DNA from: an uncultured Eubacteriales bacterium | GTDB taxonomy: Bacteria; Bacillota; Clostridia; Peptostreptococcales; Anaerovoracaceae | Assembly: GCA_902763505.1 (NCBI GenBank) | Contig: CACWSO010000002.1 | Span: forward strand, 46,712-110,711 | Reading direction: 5' to 3' | Length of the DNA: 64,000 nt | Shown here: positions 1-8,469 of the stretch, one piece after another | How the letters are laid out: each line of letters starts with the position of its first letter | Position numbering within the stretch: position 1 is the stretch's first letter | Position numbers and translations under genes: made by a program | Notes under the pieces: model-generated | What the model was told of the DNA's origin: nothing | Databases searched by the model: none | What the model saw: only the letters and a program-made list of their open reading frames with translations

Positions 1-21
1 TAGATTAACATACCCTGCTCA

Positions 22-30
22 TGATATAAT
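22..30 (+). promoter_or_regulatory. candidate extended -10 element (TGaTATAAT) ahead of purE
   Basis: tgatataat at 22-30, about 33 nt upstream of the purE ATG. The -35 region falls at the window edge and cannot be judged. Confidence 0.3.
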
Positions 31-62
31 AACTACGTATATTTGAAAGGCAGGTGAGGCTC

Positions 63-551
63 ATGAAAAGGGTCGGAATCGTAATGGGTTCGGACAGCGA
101 TATGCCAATCGCACAGAAGGCAATAGAGAGACTTGAAGGATATGGAATCCCTTACGAAGTTCACATATACTCCGCGCACAGAACCCCTGAGCAGGCGAAG
201 GGTTTTGCCGCGAATGCAGAGGCAAATGGTTTCGGAGTCATCATAGCGCTGGCAGGAAAGGCCGCCCATCTGGCGGGTGCTTTGGCAGCGAACACACTCC
301 TGCCGGTCATCGGAGTTCCGGTAAAATCATCAACACTGGATGGACTGGATGCGCTTCTGTCGACAGTTCAGATGCCATCAGGAATCCCGGTAGCAACAGT
401 GGCAATTGACGGCGCAGCAAACGCCGCAATATTGGCAGCCCAGATCATCGCTGTAAGCGATCCGGATCTGGCAGAAAAATTGAAGAATGAAAGAGAAGCA
501 GCAGCTGAAGCGGTCCTGGCGAAGGACGCGCGGCTGAATGGAGCGGAATAA
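63..551 (+). CDS. purE: N5-carboxyaminoimidazole ribonucleotide mutase (PurE)
   Basis: The translation MKRVGIVMGSDSDMPI...YSAHRTP...AGKAAHLAG...GVPV is typical PurE. The ATG at 63 follows an AGGTGAGG Shine-Dalgarno sequence, and the GTG at 54 used by the ORF track lies inside that sequence. Confidence 0.9.
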   Translation: MKRVGIVMGSDSDMPIAQKAIERLEGYGIPYEVHIYSAHRTPEQAKGFAANAEANGFGVIIALAGKAAHLAGALAANTLLPVIGVPVKSSTLDGLDALLSTVQMPSGIPVATVAIDGAANAAILAAQIIAVSDPDLAEKLKNEREAAAEAVLAKDARLNGAE

Positions 552-657
552 ATCTGCCCGTCAGCCGTTGGACAAGGCTGCTGCCTTGCTTTTGCAGACG
601 AAGGTCTGCCATATATCCGTTTAATAATTTCATTTTAATATTCATAGGAGGGAACCC

Positions 658-1344
658 ATGGAAAAATTAGTTTACACTGGCAAGACAAAGAACGTATTTG
701 AACTGGACAACGGCAATTACCTGCTCAAGTTCAAGGATGATGTAACAGGCAAAGACGGCGTGTTCGATCCTGGCATGAACCAGGTCGGGCTTACGATCGA
801 GGGAGTCGGTGATGTCAATCTGAGAATGACAACCTACTACTTTGAGAAGATCAACGCAGCCGGCATCAGAACACACTTCATCAGCTCCGATCTGGAGAAC
901 ACCACAATGGAAGTTAAGCCTGCCAAGGTGTTCGGAAATGGTCTCGAAGTCATCTGCAGACATAAGGCAGTCGGTTCCTTCTTCAGAAGATACGGTGAAT
1001 ACATCGAAGAAGGCGCAGACCTCCCGGCATATGTTGAAACGACATTCAAGAACGACGAGAAGGAAGATCCGCTCGTAACCAAGGACGGCCTCATCGTTCT
1101 GGGAATCATGACGGATGAACAGTACGAAGACATCAAGAAGATGACACAGGAAATCACACAGATCGTTGCAGACGACATGCTCGAAAAGGGACTCGTGCTC
1201 TATGACATCAAGTTCGAATTCGGGTACGACAAGGACGGCAAGGTTATGCTGATCGACGAAATCGCATCCGGCAACATGAGAGTTTACAAAGACGGAGAAT
1301 ACATTGAGCCGCTCAAGCTCTCAGAACTCTTCTTCGCAGAATAA
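658..1344 (+). CDS. purC: phosphoribosylaminoimidazole-succinocarboxamide (SAICAR) synthase
   Basis: 228 aa. [12 protein letters not shown]...[10 protein letters not shown]...LYDIKFEFG matches PurC. A GGAGG ribosome-binding site lies upstream. Confidence 0.9.
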   Translation: MEKLVYTGKTKNVFELDNGNYLLKFKDDVTGKDGVFDPGMNQVGLTIEGVGDVNLRMTTYYFEKINAAGIRTHFISSDLENTTMEVKPAKVFGNGLEVICRHKAVGSFFRRYGEYIEEGADLPAYVETTFKNDEKEDPLVTKDGLIVLGIMTDEQYEDIKKMTQEITQIVADDMLEKGLVLYDIKFEFGYDKDGKVMLIDEIASGNMRVYKDGEYIEPLKLSELFFAE

Positions 1345-1382
1345 TTCGAAATCAAAGAAAGATAAAAGATAAGGAAGATAAG

Positions 1383-2042
1383 ATGGCTTATACGGATAAA
1401 ACATGCAAGGAATTTATTGAGTCTGTAGCAAGCAAAGAACCTATCCCGGGCGGCGGCAGCGTCGCCGCTCTGGTAGGTGCTCTTGGAGCGTCGCTCAGCG
1501 CTATGGTGGCGCGTCTTACCGTTGGTAAGAAAAAGTACATCGGCGTTGCTGCAGAGATGGAAAAGAATATTGCCGAGATCACGAAGATCCAGGAGGATCT
1601 CGTCAAACTGGTACAGAAGGATATCGATAACTTCGAACCGCTGGCCAAACTCTACAAGATGAAATCCAAGGATCCGGAAGAAAAGGCAAGAATCGATCAG
1701 ATGAAGCAGGAAGCGCTTCATACAGCCTGCCAGGTACCGATGGAAATCATCATCAAATGCGGCAGAGCGATAGAACTGGCACAGGATTTTGCAGTCAGAG
1801 GAAACAAAGTCGTTATCGCTGACTCCGGATCCAGTGCAGTGCTGTGCAAGGCAGCCATGCAGGCAGCCAGCTTTAACATCTACATCAACACGAACATGAT
1901 GAAGGACAGAGATCTGGCAATGAAAATCAACGGCGAATGCACCCAGAGAATCATCTACTACGGGGCATTGGCTGATTCCGTATTTGGATATACGACAAAC
2001 ACATTGATCAACACAGTAATAGAGACAGGAGAAACAATCTGA
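1383..2042 (+). CDS. cyclodeaminase/cyclohydrolase family protein (FtcD C-domain / FchA-like methenyl-THF cyclohydrolase)
   Basis: 219 aa. The N-terminus FIESVASKEPIPGGGSVAALVGALGASLSAMVARLT is the signature of the formiminotransferase-cyclodeaminase C-terminal domain family. Confidence 0.75.
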   Translation: MAYTDKTCKEFIESVASKEPIPGGGSVAALVGALGASLSAMVARLTVGKKKYIGVAAEMEKNIAEITKIQEDLVKLVQKDIDNFEPLAKLYKMKSKDPEEKARIDQMKQEALHTACQVPMEIIIKCGRAIELAQDFAVRGNKVVIADSGSSAVLCKAAMQAASFNIYINTNMMKDRDLAMKINGECTQRIIYYGALADSVFGYTTNTLINTVIETGETI

Positions 2043-3466
2043 TGGGAGGATATTTTGGAGCAGTCTCAACAAGAGACGTCACGATGGATGTTTTTTATGG
2101 AACGGACTACCATTCTCACCTGGGTACACGCAGAGGAGGAATGGCACTCTTTGATCCGGAAACAGGATTCAAAAGAGAGATTCACAACATAGAGAATTCA
2201 CCATTCAGAACGAAATTTGAAAATGCGATCGGCTCGATGCACGGCACTGCCGGAATCGGTACGATTAGTGATACAGACCCGCAGCCTTTGATCATACGTT
2301 CCAATCTGGGGACCTATGCGCTCGTTTTTGTGGGAAGAATCAACAATCAGGATACACTGGTGAAACAGTACCTGGCGTTCAGCGGCGGACACTTCGAAGA
2401 GATGAGCGGCGGCCGCCTGAATTCCGCGGAGATTCTGGCCTCCATGATCGACCAGAAGAGTGATTTCGTCAGCGGAATCAAATTCGCGCAGGATTCCATT
2501 GAAGGATCTGCTTCCATTATGGTTCTGAAAGAGGACGGAACCATCATAGCAGCCAGAGATAAATACGGCAGAACGCCGATGCTCATCGGCAAGGACGAAC
2601 ATGGACACAGCATATCCTTCGAATCCTTCGCCTATGAGAAGCTGGGATATACAACAGAATATGAATTAGGCGCAGGGGAAATTGTGGAAGTCAAAGCAGA
2701 CAGCTTCAAAGTGCTCTCGCCGCCAACGGGGAAGACTTGCATCTGTGCGTTCCTCTGGACGTATTTCGGTTATCCGAATTCTGACTACGAAGGCATCAAT
2801 GTAGAGCGGATGAGAAATCTCAACGGCCACATCATGGCCAGGGAAGAGGCCGCCCACGGAGGCGTTCCGGAAGTGGACCACGTCTGCGGCGTACCGGATT
2901 CCGGTATTGCGCACGCCATTGGATACTCCAATGAATGCCGTCAGGACTACGGCCGTGTGTTCGTCAAGTATACGCCGACATGGCCGCGCAGTTTCATGCC
3001 TATGTCACATGAAGAGCGCAGCAGAGTCGCGAAGATGAAGCAGGTTCCGGTCACTCCGCTGATCAAGGACATGAAACTGCTGCTGGTAGATGACAGCATC
3101 GTCAGAGGCACGCAGCTCAGAGAAACGGTGGATTTCCTCTATGAGCACGGTGCGAAGGAAGTGCATATGAGATCAGCGTGTCCTCCGATCATGTATTCCT
3201 GCAAATATCTCAACTTCACCAGACAGACTCCGGAACGTGATCTGATCGCCAGAAAGACGATCCTTGAACTCGAAGGAGAAGAAGGTGAGAAGTATATCGA
3301 TGAGTACAGCGACGGCAGAACAGAGAGAGGCAAAGCCCTCCGCAAGGCCATCAGCGAAAAACTCGGATTCGATTCCCTGGGATATCAGAACATCGACGGC
3401 ATTCTGGAAGCAATCGGACTTGACGAAGACAGTGTTTGCACATACTGCTGGAACGGAAAGGAATAA
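2042..3466 (+). CDS. purF: amidophosphoribosyltransferase homolog (atypical N-terminus MGGYFG, no Cys1)
   Basis: 474 aa. It carries the PRPP loop LLLVDDSIVRGTQ and a Cys pattern resembling the B. subtilis-type 4Fe-4S PurF (CICAF, SACPP..SCKY, CTYCWNG). The ATG overlaps the upstream TGA (TGATG). Confidence 0.8.
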   Translation: MGGYFGAVSTRDVTMDVFYGTDYHSHLGTRRGGMALFDPETGFKREIHNIENSPFRTKFENAIGSMHGTAGIGTISDTDPQPLIIRSNLGTYALVFVGRINNQDTLVKQYLAFSGGHFEEMSGGRLNSAEILASMIDQKSDFVSGIKFAQDSIEGSASIMVLKEDGTIIAARDKYGRTPMLIGKDEHGHSISFESFAYEKLGYTTEYELGAGEIVEVKADSFKVLSPPTGKTCICAFLWTYFGYPNSDYEGINVERMRNLNGHIMAREEAAHGGVPEVDHVCGVPDSGIAHAIGYSNECRQDYGRVFVKYTPTWPRSFMPMSHEERSRVAKMKQVPVTPLIKDMKLLLVDDSIVRGTQLRETVDFLYEHGAKEVHMRSACPPIMYSCKYLNFTRQTPERDLIARKTILELEGEEGEKYIDEYSDGRTERGKALRKAISEKLGFDSLGYQNIDGILEAIGLDEDSVCTYCWNGKE

Positions 3467-3469
3467 TAC

Positions 3470-4510
3470 ATGAAGAACTCAAGATCAGATGCTTATGCTG
3501 CAGCCGGAGTAGACATCACAGCAGGTTACAGAGCTGTGGAACTGATGAAGAAGCATATCGCCTCAACCAGAACGGAGGGCGTATGCTCTGACATCGGCGG
3601 ATTCGGCGGCATGTTTGAACTCGACCTTACAAATATCAAAAAACCGATTCTGGTCAGCGGCACAGACGGCGTCGGCACCAAACTCAGACTTGCGTTCCTG
3701 ATGGACAAGCACGATACAGTGGGTATCGACTGCGTTGCCATGTGTGTCAACGACATCATCTGCGGCGGCGCGAAACCGCTCTTCTTCCTGGACTACATCG
3801 CCTGCGGCAAGAACGTGCCGGAGAGGATGGAAGCCATCGTCAAGGGCGTCTGCGACGGATGCATCCAGTCGGGTGCTGCGCTGATTGGCGGAGAAACAGC
3901 AGAGATGCCGGGATTCTATCCGGAAGATGAATACGACCTTGCCGGCTATGTCACAGGCGTTGTCGACAAGGACAAGATCATAGATAACGAAACCATGGAA
4001 GAGGGGGACGTTGTGATTGCGCTGCCATCAAGCGGCGTGCACTCAAACGGATTCTCTCTCGTTAGAAAGGTGTTTGACGTAGAGAACGCGGACATCAAGT
4101 CACCGGTTCCGGAGCTTGGCGGAAAGTCCGTCGGGGAGACACTCCTGACACCGACCAGAATTTACGTAAAGCCGGTTTTGAAACTGATCGACGAAGTGCC
4201 GGTCAAAGGCATCTCGCACATCACCGGCGGCGGTTTTTATGAGAATATTCCGAGAAGCATTCCGGATGGCCTTTGCGCGAAGATCGACAAGGCTTCCGTG
4301 AAAGTGCTTCCGATTTTTGATCTCATTGCGAAGACCGGCGGCATCACGGAACGCGATATGTTCAACACTTTCAACATGGGAGTCGGCATGAGCATCGTCG
4401 TAAAAAGCGAGGATGCGGAGAAAGCACTTCAGATTCTCAAAGATGCCGGCGAAGAGCCATACATCATCGGCGAAATCGTGAAGGGCGAAAGCAAGATCGA
4501 ACTTATTTAG
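3470..4510 (+). CDS. purM: phosphoribosylformylglycinamidine cyclo-ligase (AIR synthetase)
   Basis: 346 aa. [11 protein letters not shown]...GGFGGMF...[10 protein letters not shown] is typical PurM. Confidence 0.92.
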   Translation: MKNSRSDAYAAAGVDITAGYRAVELMKKHIASTRTEGVCSDIGGFGGMFELDLTNIKKPILVSGTDGVGTKLRLAFLMDKHDTVGIDCVAMCVNDIICGGAKPLFFLDYIACGKNVPERMEAIVKGVCDGCIQSGAALIGGETAEMPGFYPEDEYDLAGYVTGVVDKDKIIDNETMEEGDVVIALPSSGVHSNGFSLVRKVFDVENADIKSPVPELGGKSVGETLLTPTRIYVKPVLKLIDEVPVKGISHITGGGFYENIPRSIPDGLCAKIDKASVKVLPIFDLIAKTGGITERDMFNTFNMGVGMSIVVKSEDAEKALQILKDAGEEPYIIGEIVKGESKIELI

Positions 4511-4518
4511 GAGGCGCT

Positions 4519-5175
4519 ATGGTAACGGCAAGAGCAGACGGATCTGCAAAGGCAAGAATCGCGGTTCTCGTATCAGGCGGAGGAACCAATCTGCAGGCAC
4601 TCATCGACGCAGAGAAAAGCGGCAAGCTGAAGAGCGGAAGCATCCAACTCGTCATATCCAACAAGAGGGATGCTTTTGCATTGGAGAGAGCGGCAAACGC
4701 AGGCATTGAAGCTCTGGCAATCACGAGAAAAAGCTGTGGCGGACAGGAAGGATTTGAGAAGAAACTCATAGAAGAAATCGACGGCAGGAACATCGATCTG
4801 ATCGTCATGGCTGGGTTCATGAGTATCCTTAGCGAGGACTTCACCAGACATTATGATCACAAAATCATCAATATCCACCCATCTCTGATTCCATCCTTCT
4901 GCGGCAAAGGCTTCTACGGACTCCTGGTCCATGAGGCGGCCCTCGCCAAAGGCGTTAAGGTGACCGGAGCGACCGTCCACTATGTGAACGAGATTCCCGA
5001 CGGTGGTGAGATCATCATGCAGAAGGCCGTCGAAGTCAAGGACGGCGATACGCCGGAAGTGCTCCAGAAACGCGTGATGGAAGAAGCGGAATGGATCATA
5101 TTGCCGGCGGCGGCAGAGAAGATATGCGCTGAGATTATCAGCGGAAACAAAGGAATGACGCAGAGGCGTGAGTAA
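4519..5175 (+). CDS. purN: phosphoribosylglycinamide formyltransferase
   Basis: 218 aa. RIAVLVSGGGTNLQALID...INIHPSLIPSF...GATVHYV is typical PurN. Confidence 0.9.
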   Translation: MVTARADGSAKARIAVLVSGGGTNLQALIDAEKSGKLKSGSIQLVISNKRDAFALERAANAGIEALAITRKSCGGQEGFEKKLIEEIDGRNIDLIVMAGFMSILSEDFTRHYDHKIINIHPSLIPSFCGKGFYGLLVHEAALAKGVKVTGATVHYVNEIPDGGEIIMQKAVEVKDGDTPEVLQKRVMEEAEWIILPAAAEKICAEIISGNKGMTQRRE

Positions 5176-5195
5176 GGAATGACGCAGAGGCGTGA
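5150..5195. repeat. perfect 22-bp direct duplication (period 24) straddling the purN stop codon
   Basis: aaggaatgacgcagaggcgtga occurs at 5150-5171 and again at 5174-5195. It duplicates the last purN codons (GMTQRRE). Confidence 0.95.
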
Positions 5196-5227
5196 AACAA
5201 AGGGTGACACAGAAAGGAACAGAACAG

Positions 5228-5938
5228 ATGGATGTATATAAGATTGACACATTCACAGACAGAGTGAAAGGCAATTCCTATGTGGGACGCGGCATCGTCA
5301 CAGGCATGACGCCTTCCGGTAAAGCGGCCACAGCCTATTTCATCATGGGAAGAAGCGCAAACAGCAGAAATCGTGTATTTACGATACGTGATGAAGAGGT
5401 CTTCACCGAGCCGTTCGACGCTTCGAAAGTCGAAGATCCAAGCCTCATCATCTATGCGGCCATCAGAGAGTACGGCGACAGCCTGATCGTCACAAACGGC
5501 GACCAGACAGATACGATTTATGAAGGACTGGACAACGGACTGTCCTTTTCGAAGGCACTGGAGAGCAGACAGTTTGAGCCGGATGCGCCGAATCTGACGC
5601 CGAGAATCAGCAGCATCACAGATCTGGCCAGCGGCGATTACAACATGAGCATCCTGAAGAGCGCCGACGCGGAAGGAACGGCATGCAACCGTTTCACCTT
5701 CTCCTATGCGGCACTGCCGGGATTGGGACACTTCCTCCACACCTATGTGCAGGACGGATCTCCGCTCCCGACCTTCCAGGGGGAACCGGAGAGGGTTGCA
5801 ATACCGGACGACATTGATGCGTTCACCGATGAGATCTGGAACGCCCTCGATGAAGACAACAGAATTTCCCTCTACGTCAGATTTACGAATCTGGGCGAGG
5901 GCACATACGAAGAGAGACTCATTAACAGAAACGCATAA
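5228..5938 (+). CDS. purO: IMP cyclohydrolase, archaeal PurO-type
   Basis: YVGRGIVTGMT..AYFIMGRSANSRNR, IVTNGDQTDTI and NLTPRISS align by eye with M. jannaschii PurO motifs. ATG 5228 (MDVYKID) is preferred over the GTG at 5192 because of the AAAGGA ribosome-binding site. Confidence 0.8.
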   Translation: MDVYKIDTFTDRVKGNSYVGRGIVTGMTPSGKAATAYFIMGRSANSRNRVFTIRDEEVFTEPFDASKVEDPSLIIYAAIREYGDSLIVTNGDQTDTIYEGLDNGLSFSKALESRQFEPDAPNLTPRISSITDLASGDYNMSILKSADAEGTACNRFTFSYAALPGLGHFLHTYVQDGSPLPTFQGEPERVAIPDDIDAFTDEIWNALDEDNRISLYVRFTNLGEGTYEERLINRNA

Positions 5939-5961
5939 ACAGAAACGCATAAACAGAAACG
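5924..5961. repeat. 14-bp tandem repeat, about 2.7 copies, straddling the purO stop codon
   Basis: aacagaaacgcata at 5924-5937 and 5938-5951, then aacagaaacg at 5952-5961. Confidence 0.95.
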
Positions 5962-5977
5962 AAAGGTAAGCGGCGAA

Positions 5978-7162
5978 ATGAACGAACTGAAGCTTAAATA
6001 CGGATGCAATCCGAACCAGAGTGAAGCAAGAATCTACATGGCTGACGGCACGGATCTGCCAATCAAAATACGCAACGGCAGACCGGGATACATCAATTTC
6101 CTCGATGCATTCAACGCATGGCAGCTGGTCAAGGAACTCAAGGAAGCCACCGGCATGCCGGCAGCGACCTCATTCAAACACGTCAGTCCGACATCGGCGG
6201 CCATCGGAAGACCGCTGAGCGATAAGATGAAAAAGGCTTACTTCGTGGACGATATCAAAGGGTTGGATGAGTCACAGATCGCGTGTGCTTACGCCAGAGC
6301 CAGAGGAACGGACAGACTTTGTTCCTTTGGAGATTTCATCGCCCTTTCCGATGTGTGCGATGAAGCAACAGCACGCATCATCAAGCGCGAAGTGTCCGAC
6401 GGCGTCATCGCCCCGGGTTACACAGAGAAAGCCCTTGAGATGCTCAGCAAAAAGAAAAACGGAAACTACAATGTGATCGAAATCGATCCGGACTACAGCG
6501 CGGAAGGACAGGAAACCCGCCAGGTCTTCGGCATCAATTTCGAACAGACACATAATGATATCAAGATCGGCAGAGACCTTCTGGAGAACATCGTGACGGA
6601 GAACAAAGAACTGCCTGAGAGTGTGAAAGACGATCTGATCATCGCGATGATCGCCCTCAAGTACACCCAGTCCAATTCCGTCTGCTTCGCCAAGGACGGA
6701 CAGTGCATCGGCATCGGCGCCGGACAGCAGTCCAGAATCCACTGCACCAGACTGGCCGGCAGCAAGGCGGACACCTGGTATCTAAGGATGCACGACAAGG
6801 TCCTGAATCTGCCGTTCAAGGAGAAACTTCCGAGAGCAGTCAGAGACAACGCCATCGATGGTTACATCAATGAGTACGAAGAGGATGTCTGCGCGGAAGG
6901 AAACTGGCAGAAGTATTTCAGCCGCCAGCCGGAGAGACTGACCGCAGAGGAGAAGAGAGCCTATCTCGACGCCCAGAGCGGCGGCGTGCTGGCTTCCGAT
7001 GCGTTCTTCCCGTTCGGAGACAGCATTGAGAGAGCGAAGGCAAGCGGCGTATCCTATGTCGTGGAAGCGGGCGGATCCGTCAGAGATGACGAAGTCATCG
7101 CGGCAGCGGATAAATACAACATGGTAATGATTTTCAACAAGGTGAGACTCTTCCACCACTAA
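5978..7162 (+). CDS. purH: AICAR formyltransferase (PurH lacking the N-terminal IMP cyclohydrolase/MGS domain)
   Basis: 394 aa starting LKYGCNPNQ. The C-terminus SDAFFPFGD..AGGSVRD is the AICARFT domain. No MGS-like domain is present. Confidence 0.85.
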   Translation: MNELKLKYGCNPNQSEARIYMADGTDLPIKIRNGRPGYINFLDAFNAWQLVKELKEATGMPAATSFKHVSPTSAAIGRPLSDKMKKAYFVDDIKGLDESQIACAYARARGTDRLCSFGDFIALSDVCDEATARIIKREVSDGVIAPGYTEKALEMLSKKKNGNYNVIEIDPDYSAEGQETRQVFGINFEQTHNDIKIGRDLLENIVTENKELPESVKDDLIIAMIALKYTQSNSVCFAKDGQCIGIGAGQQSRIHCTRLAGSKADTWYLRMHDKVLNLPFKEKLPRAVRDNAIDGYINEYEEDVCAEGNWQKYFSRQPERLTAEEKRAYLDAQSGGVLASDAFFPFGDSIERAKASGVSYVVEAGGSVRDDEVIAAADKYNMVMIFNKVRLFHH

Positions 7163-7182
7163 GGTGAGACGCTTTCACCATT
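7139..7182. repeat. 22-bp imperfect tandem duplication straddling the purH stop codon
   Basis: aaggtgagactcttccaccact (7139-7160) is followed by aaggtgagacgctttcaccatt (7161-7182), with 3 mismatches. Each copy encodes KVR(L/R)FHH plus TAA in its own frame. Confidence 0.9.
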
Positions 7183-7196
7183 AAGGAGCAAAAGCA

Positions 7197-8468
7197 ATGA
7201 AAGTAATGGTAGTCGGCGGCGGAGGCCGCGAGCACGCAATCATCAAAGGACTGGCGAAGAGCCCGAAGGTGGACGTCATCTACGCGCTGCCGGGGAATGG
7301 AGGCATCGCAGCAGATGCAACGTGTGTAGACATCGGAGCCAAGGATCTGGACGGCATCAGAGACTTCGCCGTATCCGAAGGCATCGATTACGCCGTGGTT
7401 GCGCCGGATGATCCTCTCGCCATGGGAGCGGTCGATGTTCTGGAGGCGGAAGGCATCAGATGCTTCGGCCCTGACAAGAAGGCGGCGGTCATTGAAGCCA
7501 GCAAAGTCTTTTCCAAAGATCTCATGAAGAAGTACGGCATTCCGACGGCGGCCTATGAAGTCTTTGAAGACATGGACAAAGCCCTCGCCTATCTGGACGA
7601 TGCGCCGGTACCGGCAGTCGTCAAGGCCGACGGACTTGCGCTGGGCAAAGGCGTTATCATCGCCGAGACAAGAGAAGATGCCAAGGAAGCGGTCCGCAGC
7701 ATGATGGAAGAGAAAAAGTTCGGTGAGAGCGGATCCAGGGTGGTCATCGAAGAATTCCTGACCGGTCCGGAAGTATCCGTCCTCTCCTTTACAGACGGAC
7801 ACACCGTCGTTCCGATGATCTCATCCCAGGACCACAAGAGAGCGCTGGATGGAGACAAGGGGCTCAATACAGGCGGCATGGGTACGGTTGCACCGAACCC
7901 TTACTATACAGAAGAAGTGGCAGCACGCTGCATGGAGGAAATCTTCCTGCCGACCATCAAAGCCATGAACGCGGAAGGAAGACCGTTCAAGGGCTGCCTC
8001 TACTTCGGCCTCATGATCACAGAAGACGGACCGAAGGTAATCGAGTACAACTGCAGATTCGGAGATCCGGAAGCGCAGGTTGTATTGCCTTTGCTCGAAA
8101 GTGACTTGCTGACGGTCATGGAAGCGGTGACAGACGAGAAACTGGCCGAAACAGAGGTGAAGTTCTCACAGGATAACGCCTGCTGCGTCGTCGTGGCATC
8201 CGGCGGATATCCGCAGGCGTATAAGAAGGGCTGCGAGATCACGATGGATGAGCTGACAGGAAACACAGAGGTGTTCGTCGCAGGCGCGAAACTCGAGGAC
8301 GGCAGACTCCTCACATCGGGCGGCAGAGTGCTGGGCGTCACAAGCGTAGCGCCGACACTGCAGGAAGCCATTGATACAGCGTATGAAAATGCTGCGAAGA
8401 TACACTTTGAAAACGCATATTACAGAAAAGACATCGGAGCCAGAGCACTGAAAGCAGGGAGGAAGTAA
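7197..8468 (+). CDS. purD: phosphoribosylamine-glycine ligase
   Basis: 423 aa. MKVMVVGGGGREHAI...ATP-grasp...EYNCRFGDPE. Confidence 0.92.
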   Translation: MKVMVVGGGGREHAIIKGLAKSPKVDVIYALPGNGGIAADATCVDIGAKDLDGIRDFAVSEGIDYAVVAPDDPLAMGAVDVLEAEGIRCFGPDKKAAVIEASKVFSKDLMKKYGIPTAAYEVFEDMDKALAYLDDAPVPAVVKADGLALGKGVIIAETREDAKEAVRSMMEEKKFGESGSRVVIEEFLTGPEVSVLSFTDGHTVVPMISSQDHKRALDGDKGLNTGGMGTVAPNPYYTEEVAARCMEEIFLPTIKAMNAEGRPFKGCLYFGLMITEDGPKVIEYNCRFGDPEAQVVLPLLESDLLTVMEAVTDEKLAETEVKFSQDNACCVVVASGGYPQAYKKGCEITMDELTGNTEVFVAGAKLEDGRLLTSGGRVLGVTSVAPTLQEAIDTAYENAAKIHFENAYYRKDIGARALKAGRK

Positions 8469-8469
8469 A

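Noticed and set aside
5192-5227. N-terminal extensions proposed by the ORF track
   Set aside because: The extended starts are purO at 5192, purE at 54, the BMP protein at 25815, addB at 30824, the permease at 28724, HAD at 24108, folA at 51872, sigH at 53181, the DivIVA-like gene at 46095, cysS at 48856 and the fusion at 39889. In each case a downstream start gives the conserved family N-terminus and, except for addB and sigH, has a proper Shine-Dalgarno sequence. The extensions overlap upstream genes, terminators, the riboswitch or the tRNA-like fragment.
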